In this document: positions 1-10,036 of the stretch, in pieces
Layout of the letters: the number at the start of each line of letters is the position of its first letter
Position numbering within the stretch: the stretch's first letter is position 1
Assembly: GCA_965207445.1 (NCBI GenBank)
Contig: CBDBLX010000002.1
Location: forward strand, 1,559,849 to 1,623,848
Reading direction: 5' to 3'
Length of the DNA stretch: 64,000 nt
Origin: Nitrosopumilus sp.
Lineage (GTDB): Archaea; Thermoproteota; Nitrososphaeria; Nitrososphaerales; Nitrosopumilaceae
Notes under the pieces: model-generated
Databases searched by the model: none
The model's input: the letters and a program-made list of their open reading frames with translations, nothing else
What the model was told of the DNA's origin: nothing
Program-made: the position numbers and the translations under genes

Positions 1-971
1 AGATCATCAATATCATCAAGGGTCAATAATGCACCTGCTGCATTAAATATTACAGTCTCAATGACAGATCTGCTAGCAGTACCATCAATTGCACCTACAA
101 CGCATGCAACTGATTCACGTGCATCATTTACCTTTATATCAGCAATATCGGATCTTTGTAGATTGACATCTTCGGGTCTTACTATCATCTCACTCATACG
201 TCTGCTACCATCATATCCGTCTGCTACAACTAACATATTTGAGGATACTGTAGATAGTTCATCCATACCCTCATTTGACATTACAGTAATTGCATATTCA
301 ACACCACGCTTCAACAGTATACGTGGTATACGATACAACAAATCTTTTGAAGATACGCCTACTAGTTGTCTTGATACAGGTGCAGGGTTTGCAAGAGGTC
401 CCAACATGTTAAATGCAGTTCTCTGTTTTCCAAGCATTTTACGAGCAGATGCAACATGTCTCATTGCAGGATGAAACTTTTGTGCAAAGATAAAACAGAT
501 GTTATTCTTCTCCAAGATATTTTGTATACGAAATGGCTCAGCATTATTATCATATCCCAATGATGCAAAAACATCAGCACTCCCAGATACACCAGTTGTA
601 GAGTGGTTTCCATGTTTTGCAACTGCACACTTGCCATCAGCAGCAGACATTGCAACAAATGATGCAGCAGTAGATATGTTAAATGTCTGTTGCATATCCC
701 CACCTGTTCCACATACATCTATTATTGGGCATTTCACATTAGGTAAAATTCTAGATGCTTTTTTGATCATTACATCTAATAGTGTTAATAATTCTTGATC
801 AGTTTCACCCTTTGCAGATAAAGATTTTAGAAAATGCATGTTTTGCTCATCAGTTGTGCCTCCATCAAGTATACAAGAGGCCATACTATACATCTGAGTA
901 TCACTCAAGTCTTCTCCACGCCCTAATTGTTGCATACATGATAGAAACAATTCATCATTTTTTGCAGTCAT
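1..971 (-). CDS. trpD: Anthranilate phosphoribosyltransferase; 3' end runs off the window
   Basis: Manual translation from ATG 971, which overlaps the trpG stop: MTAKNDELFLSCMQQLGRGEDLS...KGETDQE...IIDVCGTGGD...FNISTAASFVA...VAKHGNHSTTGVSGSADVF. Absent from the ORF track because its stop is outside the window. Confidence 0.95.
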   Translation of the reverse strand, partial: MTAKNDELFLSCMQQLGRGEDLSDTQMYSMASCILDGGTTDEQNMHFLKSLSAKGETDQELLTLLDVMIKKASRILPNVKCPIIDVCGTGGDMQQTFNISTAASFVAMSAADGKCAVAKHGNHSTTGVSGSADVFASLGYDNNAEPFRIQNILEKNNICFIFAQKFHPAMRHVASARKMLGKQRTAFNMLGPLANPAPVSRQLVGVSSKDLLYRIPRILLKRGVEYAITVMSNEGMDELSTVSSNMLVVADGYDGSRRMSEMIVRPEDVNLQRSDIADIKVNDARESVACVVGAIDGTASRSVIETVIFNAAGALLTLDDIDD

Positions 972-1852
972 TGTGGACCTCCTTTGGGGTTTTTGTTGTG
1001 TTTTTTGGCATCTGCAACAAGAGATGCAAGTTTTAAGAAATTCGATAGTATGGTTTTGCCATGAATAGTCATAATTGATTCAGGATGAAATTGAACGCCC
1101 TGAATAGGATATTGTTTATGTTGAACTGCCATAATCTCATCATCATCTTCTGCACGTGCAATGACATCTAACACATCAGGTATGACAGTATTGTCACCTA
1201 CTAGACTGTGGTATCTAGTAGCAACAAATGGATTTGATACGCCTGCAAATAGATTAGGCGTGTTATATGATATTTTAGTGTTATTGTTGTTGTTATTGTT
1301 GTTATTGTTATTATTGTTGTTATTGTTGTTGTTGTTATTGTTATCATCATCATCATTACTATTAACAATAACATCACTCTTATTATTAATATTATAATGT
1401 GTAACGTCACGATTGTTGCATGTATTATATGCTAAAACAACATCAGCATCATCATCATCACTGCCAACATCACTGCCACTCTTACTACTACCATCACATA
1501 CATCATGACCATATTTGATCATGCTAGTTTTGCCATGTCTAACACATTTTGCATTCACCACTTTACCACCAAATGCATGAATTATTCCTTGGTGTCCAAG
1601 ACACACGCCAAGTATTGGAATTGTGGGCCCCAATTTCAATATAACATCAGTGCATATACCAAAGTATCGTTTATCTTCTGGTGTTCCAGGTCCAGGTGAT
1701 ATCACAATTGCATCATACATTGCATCTGTAATATTTTGTATAGTGATAGCATCATTTCTTACAACAGTACAACTAGCACCAAGCTCACCCATATACTGTG
1801 CTAGATTATACACAAAAGAGTCGTAATTGTCAATTATCAAAACTTTGATCAT
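968..1852 (-). CDS. trpG: Anthranilate synthase component II (glutamine amidotransferase) with a ~85-aa D/N-rich insertion
   Basis: IIDNYDSF, ISPGPG, LGVCLGHQ, RYHSL and GVQFHPES motifs; lies between trpE and trpD. Confidence 0.96.
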   Translation of the reverse strand: MIKVLIIDNYDSFVYNLAQYMGELGASCTVVRNDAITIQNITDAMYDAIVISPGPGTPEDKRYFGICTDVILKLGPTIPILGVCLGHQGIIHAFGGKVVNAKCVRHGKTSMIKYGHDVCDGSSKSGSDVGSDDDDADVVLAYNTCNNRDVTHYNINNKSDVIVNSNDDDDNNNNNNNNNNNNNNNNNNNNNTKISYNTPNLFAGVSNPFVATRYHSLVGDNTVIPDVLDVIARAEDDDEIMAVQHKQYPIQGVQFHPESIMTIHGKTILSNFLKLASLVADAKKHNKNPKGGPQ

Positions 1853-3516
1853 TTTTTTGATGCCTCCTTTAAAGCTAAAAGTAGTGCGTTTGCCTTGTGT
1901 TCAGTCTCATTGAACTCGTATTCGGGAACTGAATCATACACAATACCAGCACCTGATTGTACAAATCCTTTCTTGCCATTTATGAATATACTACGGATTG
2001 CAATTGCAAAGTCACAACAACCATTGTACGAAAAGTATCCAACTGCACCAGCATACGGCCCCCTTGCATTAGACTCTAGTTCATCTATAATCTCCATAGC
2101 TCTGACCTTTGGTGCACCAGAGACTGTCCCTGCAGGAAAGACTGCCTGAAATGTATCAAACATATCATTGCCATCATCAAGAGTTCCCATTAGATGCGTG
2201 ACTATATGTTGCACATGACTGAATTGTTTTATCTTCAAAAGTGACTTTGGATATACAGTTCCAAACTTGCAGACACGTCCAATATCGTTTCGACCCAAGT
2301 CCACTAACATCGTATGTTCTGCCAACTCTTTTTTATCAGCAAGTAACTCTTGTGCAAGCGCATCATCAGATGACTTTATGCCAGTGATTTTTCTAGTACC
2401 TGCTATTGGAAAAGTTTCAACCACATTACCTGTAATGCGTATGAGCATTTCAGGGGATGCACCTATTGTAACGTGGTCGTCGTGTTTTAGATGATACATG
2501 TATGGAGAAGGATTAATGTCTCGAAGTGCATCGTATAGTACAAGTGTGTCGCCAGACGTATCAAAATCAAAGCGTCGTGACAGCACAACCTGAAAAATAT
2601 CGCCATTGTGTATGTATTCTTTTGCTTTGTTAACCATCTTTGAGAAAGTGGGTTTGTCAATATTTGGAGTCGTGTTGCTTGCATGGAATTGCTCATTTAA
2701 ATAGTCATTTTTACGAAAGTTTTCATATACATTCATCAAATAATCAAGTTTGTTAGTGCCACGGTAAAAGTAAAATGGTTTTTGAAGTTTATTATCATAT
2801 AAAATACCATCATTGTATATTCCAAACTCCATGAGCAATGGACTCGAATCATTTGAATCAGGAATATTTTCTATTATGCGAATTGCATCGTAGTTGACCA
2901 TTCCAACTGCACCACCAACATAGCGGTAATTACACATGGGCATAGAATGTGCAGCATCGTCATTTTTGCATGTGTCATCATTACAAATGTCATTGGGATT
3001 ATCAGTGTAGTGGTCATTATTATTATTATTGTTGTTGTTGTTGTTGTTGTTGTTGTCATTGTTACTGTTCATATTATAATTAGTATGAGGGTGTGGAGTA
3101 TTATAGTAATCAACGTATAATTTTTCTAAATCTAGTATGTCTGGTTGTGTTGCAAAATTACGTAAAAGAAATCGCAATAGTTTGAATGGGTCATCAACGT
3201 TTATCACAGTAGAAGTTGTATCAACACGTCTACAATTATCAGTACAATTATTATTATTATCACCATCACGAACATTATGCTGCTCATCATCTTCATCATT
3301 GTGCATAGTAATCTCAACACGGTCACGATACCCTTTGAAAATCACAGTTGGATTAAATCCCATAATAGACATCTCAGCAAGATTTTTTGGCCCAACAAGA
3401 GATTCAAATAAAAACGAGTGTTTAAAGTTCAAAGACAAAAATCTATAAATTTGAAATTGGTCACTGTCATCTGACAAGTTTAGTGGAAGTACATGTACAT
3501 CTCCAAATATGTCCAC
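1849..3516 (-). CDS. trpE: Anthranilate synthase component I with Asn-rich insertions
   Basis: FLFESL, GDIFQVVLS, NPSPYMY, PIAGTR, AEHTMLVDLGRND and FPAGTVSGAPKVRAM motifs; probable start GTG 3516 (MDIFG...). Confidence 0.95.
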   Translation of the reverse strand: MDIFGDVHVLPLNLSDDSDQFQIYRFLSLNFKHSFLFESLVGPKNLAEMSIMGFNPTVIFKGYRDRVEITMHNDEDDEQHNVRDGDNNNNCTDNCRRVDTTSTVINVDDPFKLLRFLLRNFATQPDILDLEKLYVDYYNTPHPHTNYNMNSNNDNNNNNNNNNNNNNDHYTDNPNDICNDDTCKNDDAAHSMPMCNYRYVGGAVGMVNYDAIRIIENIPDSNDSSPLLMEFGIYNDGILYDNKLQKPFYFYRGTNKLDYLMNVYENFRKNDYLNEQFHASNTTPNIDKPTFSKMVNKAKEYIHNGDIFQVVLSRRFDFDTSGDTLVLYDALRDINPSPYMYHLKHDDHVTIGASPEMLIRITGNVVETFPIAGTRKITGIKSSDDALAQELLADKKELAEHTMLVDLGRNDIGRVCKFGTVYPKSLLKIKQFSHVQHIVTHLMGTLDDGNDMFDTFQAVFPAGTVSGAPKVRAMEIIDELESNARGPYAGAVGYFSYNGCCDFAIAIRSIFINGKKGFVQSGAGIVYDSVPEYEFNETEHKANALLLALKEASKK

Positions 3517-3568
3517 CCATACAACTAGGACTTGAAGCCATAATTTAAACCGATACAAATGAAAATTG

Positions 3569-3660
3569 GTAACCGTTTAACCCCCATTACCTGCGCCAAA
3601 CGTTAGGCGGTGAATTTGTGCCTAAATTTTGAAAGGGGTTGAACTTGTCTGACAAGTTAC
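3569..3660. mobile_element. MITE family 1 copy (TIR GTAACCGTTCAACCC); right TIR disrupted
   Basis: Matches the copies at 26484 and 30452 except for a short insert in the right TIR. Confidence 0.85.
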
Positions 3661-3815
3661 TGAAAAGTGGTGAAAATTGAAGATTTTGTGAATCCAATCA
3701 AAAAGTAATTGGCAAGATGACAAGAATCACGATAAATACATTATTTAACATACAAAATATGTACAAAACCGTACAAGTACGGTACTTTTATATTCTAGTA
3801 TTACATATACAAATT

Positions 3816-4007
3816 ATGAAAACACAAATGATACTACAAGACATGTACATGCCAAAACCACCAATGGTATGTACAAGTGCAAAACCCGTTGCGTGTAATG
3901 AATGTGGTAGAGGGTTAGAGGCAGGATATGGAATCAGAGCCATACGCATAAATGACAAAAATGTTATGCTATGTGATCTGCATTATCCAAAAACATCAAA
4001 GAGATAA
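3816..4007 (+). CDS. Small putative Zn-binding protein
   Basis: CNEC...CDLH pattern; ATG at 3816 downstream of TTTTATA. Confidence 0.6.
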   Translation: MKTQMILQDMYMPKPPMVCTSAKPVACNECGRGLEAGYGIRAIRINDKNVMLCDLHYPKTSKR

Positions 4008-4220
4008 CCACCACGCACAATATTTTATCAATAATATACAAATTATAAAATAATAAAGAATAGTGATAAAGACTAGCAGGATATGGAATCAGAGCCATAC
4101 GCATAAATGACAAAAATGTTATGCTATGTGATCTGCATTATCCAAAAACATCAAAGAGATAACCACCACGCACAATATTTTATCAAATAAAATAATAAAG
4201 AATAGTGATAAAGACTAGCC
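3921..4220. repeat. Tandem duplication of ~140-155 bp covering the 3' end of the 3816-4007 gene and its downstream flank
   Basis: gcaggatatggaatcagagcc...gataaagactagc occurs at ~3921-4078 and ~4077-4220. Confidence 0.92.
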
Positions 4221-4613
4221 AGGTGCCCTAGTTGGATCGCGACTAAGGATTCCTAATACTTTGGATATTATCTGTTGATGTCCACCTGCATGCAAGTCTT
4301 GGCGCACAGTCTCAGAGCCGACACTCACAAAGATCAGATTGTCATCACCTAGTGGAAATGTTATTCGAGTGATCTTTTCAAAGGCGGCCATTGCATATGT
4401 GCCAGAACCTATCTTTGGTCGTAGTGCTCGTCTACCCTGCCATGCACCTGCTGCTCGTTTGAGTGATGCGGCAGTTTCTTCCTCTGATAGATAATTCACT
4501 ACTCCTTGACGGTGACTGACTTCTAAAATATTTCCATCAATATCTGTAATTATACTGTGCCTTATGTTAACATCACAGTCCATGATTCGTCGCAAGAGGT
4601 TTGTGAAATTCAT
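4215..4613 (-). CDS. Thaumarchaeal hypothetical protein, Roadblock/profilin-like (DUF6659-like)
   Basis: IRHSIITDIDG...KIGSGTYAMAAFEKITRITFPL pattern recalled from this thaumarchaeal family. Confidence 0.65.
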   Translation of the reverse strand: MNFTNLLRRIMDCDVNIRHSIITDIDGNILEVSHRQGVVNYLSEEETAASLKRAAGAWQGRRALRPKIGSGTYAMAAFEKITRITFPLGDDNLIFVSVGSETVRQDLHAGGHQQIISKVLGILSRDPTRAPG

Positions 4614-4827
4614 AAAATACATCTACAAGAATATTACTTAAGGGTTTTTGATGTAGATGCGGCAGTAGTAGAGTCCCCTTTTGCAAGATTTGAGATGTAT
4701 GAAAGTATACGCATCAATTTTAGTGATGTCCATGTCAAAATATCATAGTCATCATTTAACCCGTGTGTCTGTACCATAGTGTGGTGGATTGAATATGTAT
4801 ATTATGACAAGTATGTCTAAATTTACT

Positions 4828-7800
4828 CTAACGACAGATCTTTTGTTGTTGTTGTGATAGTGGTGGTGACGATGGGTCTACTAGTGAATCCACGTCAACT
4901 CTAATCTCCGATGAATAATAGCCAGTTCCAAACACGATACCATCGTGCAGTACGAGCCAAGAGCGTTTCATCTCTGTATTACCAGTTGTCGGTGATACAT
5001 GTTCATAATTGACCCATATTCCGGATCCTCTGCTCAGTCTATCTATTACATTCTGCTCTGCTGTCATAATGGCGCTCCAATCAGTTATCTCATTTACAAG
5101 TGCCGTATTTACGCCCTGTGCGAGTGTCATGTTTGTTGCAGTATCAACTGCAAACGAGTATCTAGTCGGCGGCACGTCTGCAAGCATGTTTATTGACTCA
5201 ATAGCATCATCTCGCCCATCACGCTCATACTCTAGCACACGGCTATGAGTCTGAGCTTGCGCATCAGTATCAAGTGTATAATAACCAGAACCAAACACCA
5301 ACCCATCGTGCAACTGCAAAAATGAGCGTTTTAACTGCTCAACATCAGTTGCAGGATTGTGAAATATGTAAGTGACCCACAATGAACCTTTGGCATCTAA
5401 TTCTGATAATACATAATCCACTGATACGGCAGCCGTATCTAGTATGGTCTCTGGTTGGTTTACCCTTGTAGGCACAACACCATCTGCTAATCTGACCCAC
5501 GTGTCTCTATCTATGACAAACGGGTATAGTGCATCAGTCGTCAACTGCCGACTAGGAGTAATTATGTCTGCCCATGTGTTCGGATATGACTCATAGGTGT
5601 CAATTGCACCACGCACTACAAACTTTACATCTGTCTCGTGTATATCATGCTGATAGTGTCCAGTACCAAATATCAGATCATCGTGTAGTACCAACCATGT
5701 ATGTTTTAACTCTGTTGCACCAGTCACAGGTGATGTATGCATATAGTTAACCCATATGCCACTCCCACGATTGAGTTCAGCTAGTATTGTATTTTTTGAA
5801 TGTACATCTATTATAGCATTCCAATCAGAATTCATTGCAATCAACGCCGGATTCACATTTTGCGCCAACGTATGATCATTTCTAGGTTGAACCAAAAAAG
5901 AGTACGTTGTAATTGGGGTATTTGGGATCATATTTATTGATGATATAGTCGATGCCATGCCGTCGCGCTCATACTCTAGTACACGACTGTGTGCCAATGA
6001 CTGTACTTTAGAGTCAAGTACGTAATATCCAGACCCAAACACCAAACCATCGTGCAACTGCAAAAATGAGCGCTTTAACTGCTCTACCCCAGTAGCTGGA
6101 TTGTGAAATATGTAAGTTACCCATAATGAGCCTTTTTGGCGTAATTCTGCAAGAACATCATCAGGCGATCTTACAGATGTATCTAAGATGGTCTCTGCTT
6201 GTCCCACTCTGCCAGGTACCACACCGTCTGCTAGTCTAGTCCAAGTTGCAGCGTCAATTACAAACGGGTATAGTGCATCAGTTGTGATCAGTTGATCAGG
6301 TGTAATGACATCAACCCAGTTTTCATTTGATTCGTAAATATCAATTGTGTTTTGTACGACAAATTCGACATCAGTTGCAGGAATATCATGCGAATAGTAT
6401 CCAGTACCAAATATCAGACCATCATGCAATACCAACCACGAGTGCTTGAGTTCAGGCTCACCAGTGATTGGAGATGTGTGGGTATAGCTAAACCATACCC
6501 CCGTGCCGCGGCTGAGTGTATCTAGTATAGATGATTTTGAGAGTATGGTAGTGATAGCATTCCAGTCAGTCATCGTACCTATTATTGCAGGGTCTGCATT
6601 TTGAGCCAACGTGGTATCAGATGTAGGATCAATTACAAATGCATATGTGGAGATGGGTGTATCAGGAATCACATTAATAGAATTAATGACTGCATCTCTG
6701 CCGTCGCGCTCATACTCTTGTATCTTTGTGTGTGTTATTGACTGTACTCTAGAGTCAAGTACATAATATCCAGACCCGAACACCAAACCATCATCGTGTA
6801 ATTCAAGATATGTACGCTTTAACTGCTCTACCCCGGTGGCGGGATTGTGAAATATGTAAGTTATCCATAATGAGCCTTTTTGGCGTAATTCTGCAAGAAC
6901 GTCATCAGGCGATCTTACAGATGTATCTAAGATGGTCTCTGCTTGTCCCACTCTGCCAGGTACCACACCGTCTGCTAGTCTAGTCCAAGTTGCAGCGTCA
7001 ATTACAAACGGGTATAGGGCATCAGTTGTGATTGGTTGATCAGGTGTAATGATATCAACCCACCTATCATTGTCTTTGTTGTTGTTGTAGATGTTTATTG
7101 CATTACTTACTGCAAACTTTACATCAGACTCTGGAATCTCAGATGCATAGTATCCAGAACCTATCAAAAGTCCATCATGTGAGACAATCCATGTGCGTTT
7201 TGTCTCTGCAACACCAGTTATCGGATTAACATGCGTATACCCAACCCATACACCGGGCGCATTACTTGTCATGTCTAGAATATCATCCACTGCAAGTGTC
7301 ATGGTAATGGCATCCCAATCAAATGTGCCTATCAATTCAGGATTCACACCCTGAGCCACCGTAACACCGGTTTGTGGATCTACTACAAACGTATATGATG
7401 TAATCGGTTTATCAGGTATGATATTAAGGGATGCAAGAGTAGCATCGCGTCCGTCACTGTTGTAATCTAGTATATTTGCATATACAATAGCCTGCACACC
7501 AGAATCAAGTATGTAATAGCCGGATCCGAACACAAGATCATCTTTTTGCTGAAGGTATGTGCGCTTTAACTGCTCTACCCCGGTGGCGGGATTGTGAAAC
7601 GTATATGTCAACCATACTTGGCCATCTCTAGCAAGATCATCTCGTATATCTTGTACAGATCTACTAGATGTATCCAGAATCGTTTCAGGTTGTCCCACTC
7701 TGCCAGGTACCACACCGTCTGCTAGTCTAGTCCAGGATGTAATATTGATGACAAACGGATACAGATCATCAGTTACGATTGGTGCGTCTGGAGTAATGAT

Positions 7801-9507
7801 CTCCTTCCATGCATCGTTTTCACGATTGGACTCGTAAATGAATCTGGCATAATCAGTCACCGACTGAACACCGGCATTTGCAACGGTGTATGGTGATAGA
7901 AACGCATAACCGTCATAATGGACGTACCAGGTACGTTTGATTTGTGTTATGCCCGTAGTGGCATCAAAAATTGCAATCTGTGCCCAATACGTGTCCCCGT
8001 CATCAAAGTCCGAAAAAGAGCCACCTCCTGGCCTTGCCACGTGTACATCAAATGGTCCGATCAGACTTGGCACCAAGCCATGTGCAAGCAAATGAGTCGA
8101 ATTTCTTATCACAGGAAAGAGATCATCTCTGTTCAAGCTCCCAGAAGTGACAATATCAAAACTATTTTGTGGATCGTTTCTGTATGTGTAAAGAGCATCA
8201 TCAACCACAGATTGTACACGAATATCAGGTAGTGAGACAGTTGCACCAAATATGTATCCATCATATAATACTAAATATGCACGTGTTAGTTGATCAGTTT
8301 GAGTTGCAGGATTTCTATCCATATACCATACCCATATGCCTTTTCCTTGTTCACTGGCAACCCGCAGCTCGTCTATAATGACTTGTGATGGCTTGTTGGC
8401 ATTCTCAAACTGCATAAAGGTTGTTCCCACAAACTCAATTGTCCTTGCATGTGCTAAGACTTGAAGAGTATTGGCATCTAGTACAAAAGTGGAATCTGCT
8501 GACAATGGATCAGATACATCAGGAGTTATTATATTATCAAAAGCAGCATTGCCATGAACAGTATACAACATCAGAGCAGAGTCTACCAAAGATATGGTAC
8601 TTGTATCAAGTGGATAATAACCAGACCCAAACACATATCCATCATACAGATAAAGCCAAGAGAGTTTGAGTTGTGTTATATCCGTAGCTGGATTGTGAAA
8701 TGTATACGTAACCCATGCAGAACCAGTATCATCTAATTCTGCACGAACATCAGCAACTGACCTTACAGCAGTGTTTAGTATGCCTTCTGGTTGTCCCACT
8801 CTCTCAGGTACGACACCATCTGCCACTCTGCTCCAATTTGCAAAGTCGATCACAAAAGGGTACAGTTCATCAGTTATGATAGGTGCATCAGGAGTAATCA
8901 TATCAAATGCTACAATGCCATATGTCTCATATTGTACAACCACATTCTCTATTAGATTTTGAACCTCAAAATCTGCCAAAAAGTAGCCTGCAGCAAAGAT
9001 ATATCCATCATCATGCAAGTGCAACAAAGTACGTTTTGCCTGTAGTTGTCTATTCTCAGGGTTTATCTCCATGTGTTCAATCCATACCATACCATCATTG
9101 TTCAAATGGGCTCGAATCTGACTAGATGACATGTTTGCAACATCAAATGGCATTTCCCCCACGTATAGAGAGCCTGCTCCATGAGCTATGACCTCTAGTG
9201 TGTTGTAGTTTATGACAAGTGGAATTGGCGCATCAGAGTTAGAATCTTGGGCATTTGTAATCATATTAAATGCGCTCTGCCCATTCTCAGAGTACACATT
9301 GAGTGCATTTGATACGGCTGTCTGAACCTGCGCATCAATACCACTCTGATCAAATAAAATGCGGTCTTGAGGTTCATCATCCACTGCAAAGGCCGGAGTC
9401 ACAGATACAACAAGTGTAATTGCAAATACCATAATAATTGATCGATTATAGTTTAGAATACTCAATATGTTATTATCCTCAAAACGACATAATAAAGACT
9501 TTGACAA
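4828..9507 (-). CDS. Large secreted protein with 12 tandem single-Cache (sCache_2-like) domains
   Basis: Signal-like segment MVFAITLVVSVTPAFA (start may be ATG 9432); 12 units of ~124 aa ending Y.xxNP.TG..E.K..(W/Y)L...DG.(V/I)FGSGYY; no other TM or output domain seen. Confidence 0.85.
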   Translation of the reverse strand: MSKSLLCRFEDNNILSILNYNRSIIMVFAITLVVSVTPAFAVDDEPQDRILFDQSGIDAQVQTAVSNALNVYSENGQSAFNMITNAQDSNSDAPIPLVINYNTLEVIAHGAGSLYVGEMPFDVANMSSSQIRAHLNNDGMVWIEHMEINPENRQLQAKRTLLHLHDDGYIFAAGYFLADFEVQNLIENVVVQYETYGIVAFDMITPDAPIITDELYPFVIDFANWSRVADGVVPERVGQPEGILNTAVRSVADVRAELDDTGSAWVTYTFHNPATDITQLKLSWLYLYDGYVFGSGYYPLDTSTISLVDSALMLYTVHGNAAFDNIITPDVSDPLSADSTFVLDANTLQVLAHARTIEFVGTTFMQFENANKPSQVIIDELRVASEQGKGIWVWYMDRNPATQTDQLTRAYLVLYDGYIFGATVSLPDIRVQSVVDDALYTYRNDPQNSFDIVTSGSLNRDDLFPVIRNSTHLLAHGLVPSLIGPFDVHVARPGGGSFSDFDDGDTYWAQIAIFDATTGITQIKRTWYVHYDGYAFLSPYTVANAGVQSVTDYARFIYESNRENDAWKEIITPDAPIVTDDLYPFVINITSWTRLADGVVPGRVGQPETILDTSSRSVQDIRDDLARDGQVWLTYTFHNPATGVEQLKRTYLQQKDDLVFGSGYYILDSGVQAIVYANILDYNSDGRDATLASLNIIPDKPITSYTFVVDPQTGVTVAQGVNPELIGTFDWDAITMTLAVDDILDMTSNAPGVWVGYTHVNPITGVAETKRTWIVSHDGLLIGSGYYASEIPESDVKFAVSNAINIYNNNKDNDRWVDIITPDQPITTDALYPFVIDAATWTRLADGVVPGRVGQAETILDTSVRSPDDVLAELRQKGSLWITYIFHNPATGVEQLKRTYLELHDDGLVFGSGYYVLDSRVQSITHTKIQEYERDGRDAVINSINVIPDTPISTYAFVIDPTSDTTLAQNADPAIIGTMTDWNAITTILSKSSILDTLSRGTGVWFSYTHTSPITGEPELKHSWLVLHDGLIFGTGYYSHDIPATDVEFVVQNTIDIYESNENWVDVITPDQLITTDALYPFVIDAATWTRLADGVVPGRVGQAETILDTSVRSPDDVLAELRQKGSLWVTYIFHNPATGVEQLKRSFLQLHDGLVFGSGYYVLDSKVQSLAHSRVLEYERDGMASTISSINMIPNTPITTYSFLVQPRNDHTLAQNVNPALIAMNSDWNAIIDVHSKNTILAELNRGSGIWVNYMHTSPVTGATELKHTWLVLHDDLIFGTGHYQHDIHETDVKFVVRGAIDTYESYPNTWADIITPSRQLTTDALYPFVIDRDTWVRLADGVVPTRVNQPETILDTAAVSVDYVLSELDAKGSLWVTYIFHNPATDVEQLKRSFLQLHDGLVFGSGYYTLDTDAQAQTHSRVLEYERDGRDDAIESINMLADVPPTRYSFAVDTATNMTLAQGVNTALVNEITDWSAIMTAEQNVIDRLSRGSGIWVNYEHVSPTTGNTEMKRSWLVLHDGIVFGTGYYSSEIRVDVDSLVDPSSPPLSQQQQKICR

Positions 9508-9515
9508 TACGTAAT

Positions 9516-9597
9516 GTAACCGTTCAACCCATTCTCAAATTTAGACACAAATTCACCACCTAACGTCTGGCGCAGGTAACGGGGGTTGTACGGTTAC
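9516..9597. mobile_element. MITE family 1 copy, reverse orientation
   Basis: 82 bp, GTAACCGTTCAACCC...GGGTTGTACGGTTAC. Confidence 0.9.
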
Positions 9598-9932
9598 TCT
9601 GTTAGAAGATATGTATCCAGTATATCTTGGGACGGAGTCTGTTACAATGAGAACGTAGGTATTCATACGTCTCAAAGTCGCGTAGAGTCGAGGAATTAAA
9701 GAGCGAGTTTCCTAGCAAGAGATCCAGATCGTGCTTGAGTCGATCAGGATCAACTAGGTACATCAAAGCTCTGCTGCAAGCACAATGTCCATCTCCTTGT
9801 ACTTTTCGCGTAGGATCCACTACACCTGCCCCTCGTCAAGGTTGCTTACAACCAGAAGCTTGTCTGTCATTTGGCTCGAGTCTTGATCATTTTGCTTTGT
9901 TTGGTGACCCACACGTCAATGTTTCCATTGTA

Positions 9933-10036
9933 TAATGATTTCATTAAAGATCCGATAGTTTTCTAATATTTTGTATTCATAATGTGTGCTCAACTTTGAG
10001 ATGAATATCAATCAAAATATCGGATCTTTAATCATA
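9933..10036. mobile_element. MITE family 2 copy with IS630-derived ends
   Basis: Ends TTTCATTAAAGATCCGAT / ATCGGATCTTTAAT match the TIRs of the IS630 element at 32288-34025; second copy at 46377. Confidence 0.85.

Noticed and set aside
61..798. Plus-strand ORFs 61-474 and 499-798
   Set aside because: Antisense shadows of trpD; the same applies to most short ORFs opposite core genes.
1161..1410. Poly-Leu and poly-Thr/Ile ORFs
   Set aside because: Alternative-frame readings of the trpG poly-Asn tract.
9602..9930. Short ORFs between MITE1 and MITE2
   Set aside because: Stop-riddled gene scrap with no assignable family.
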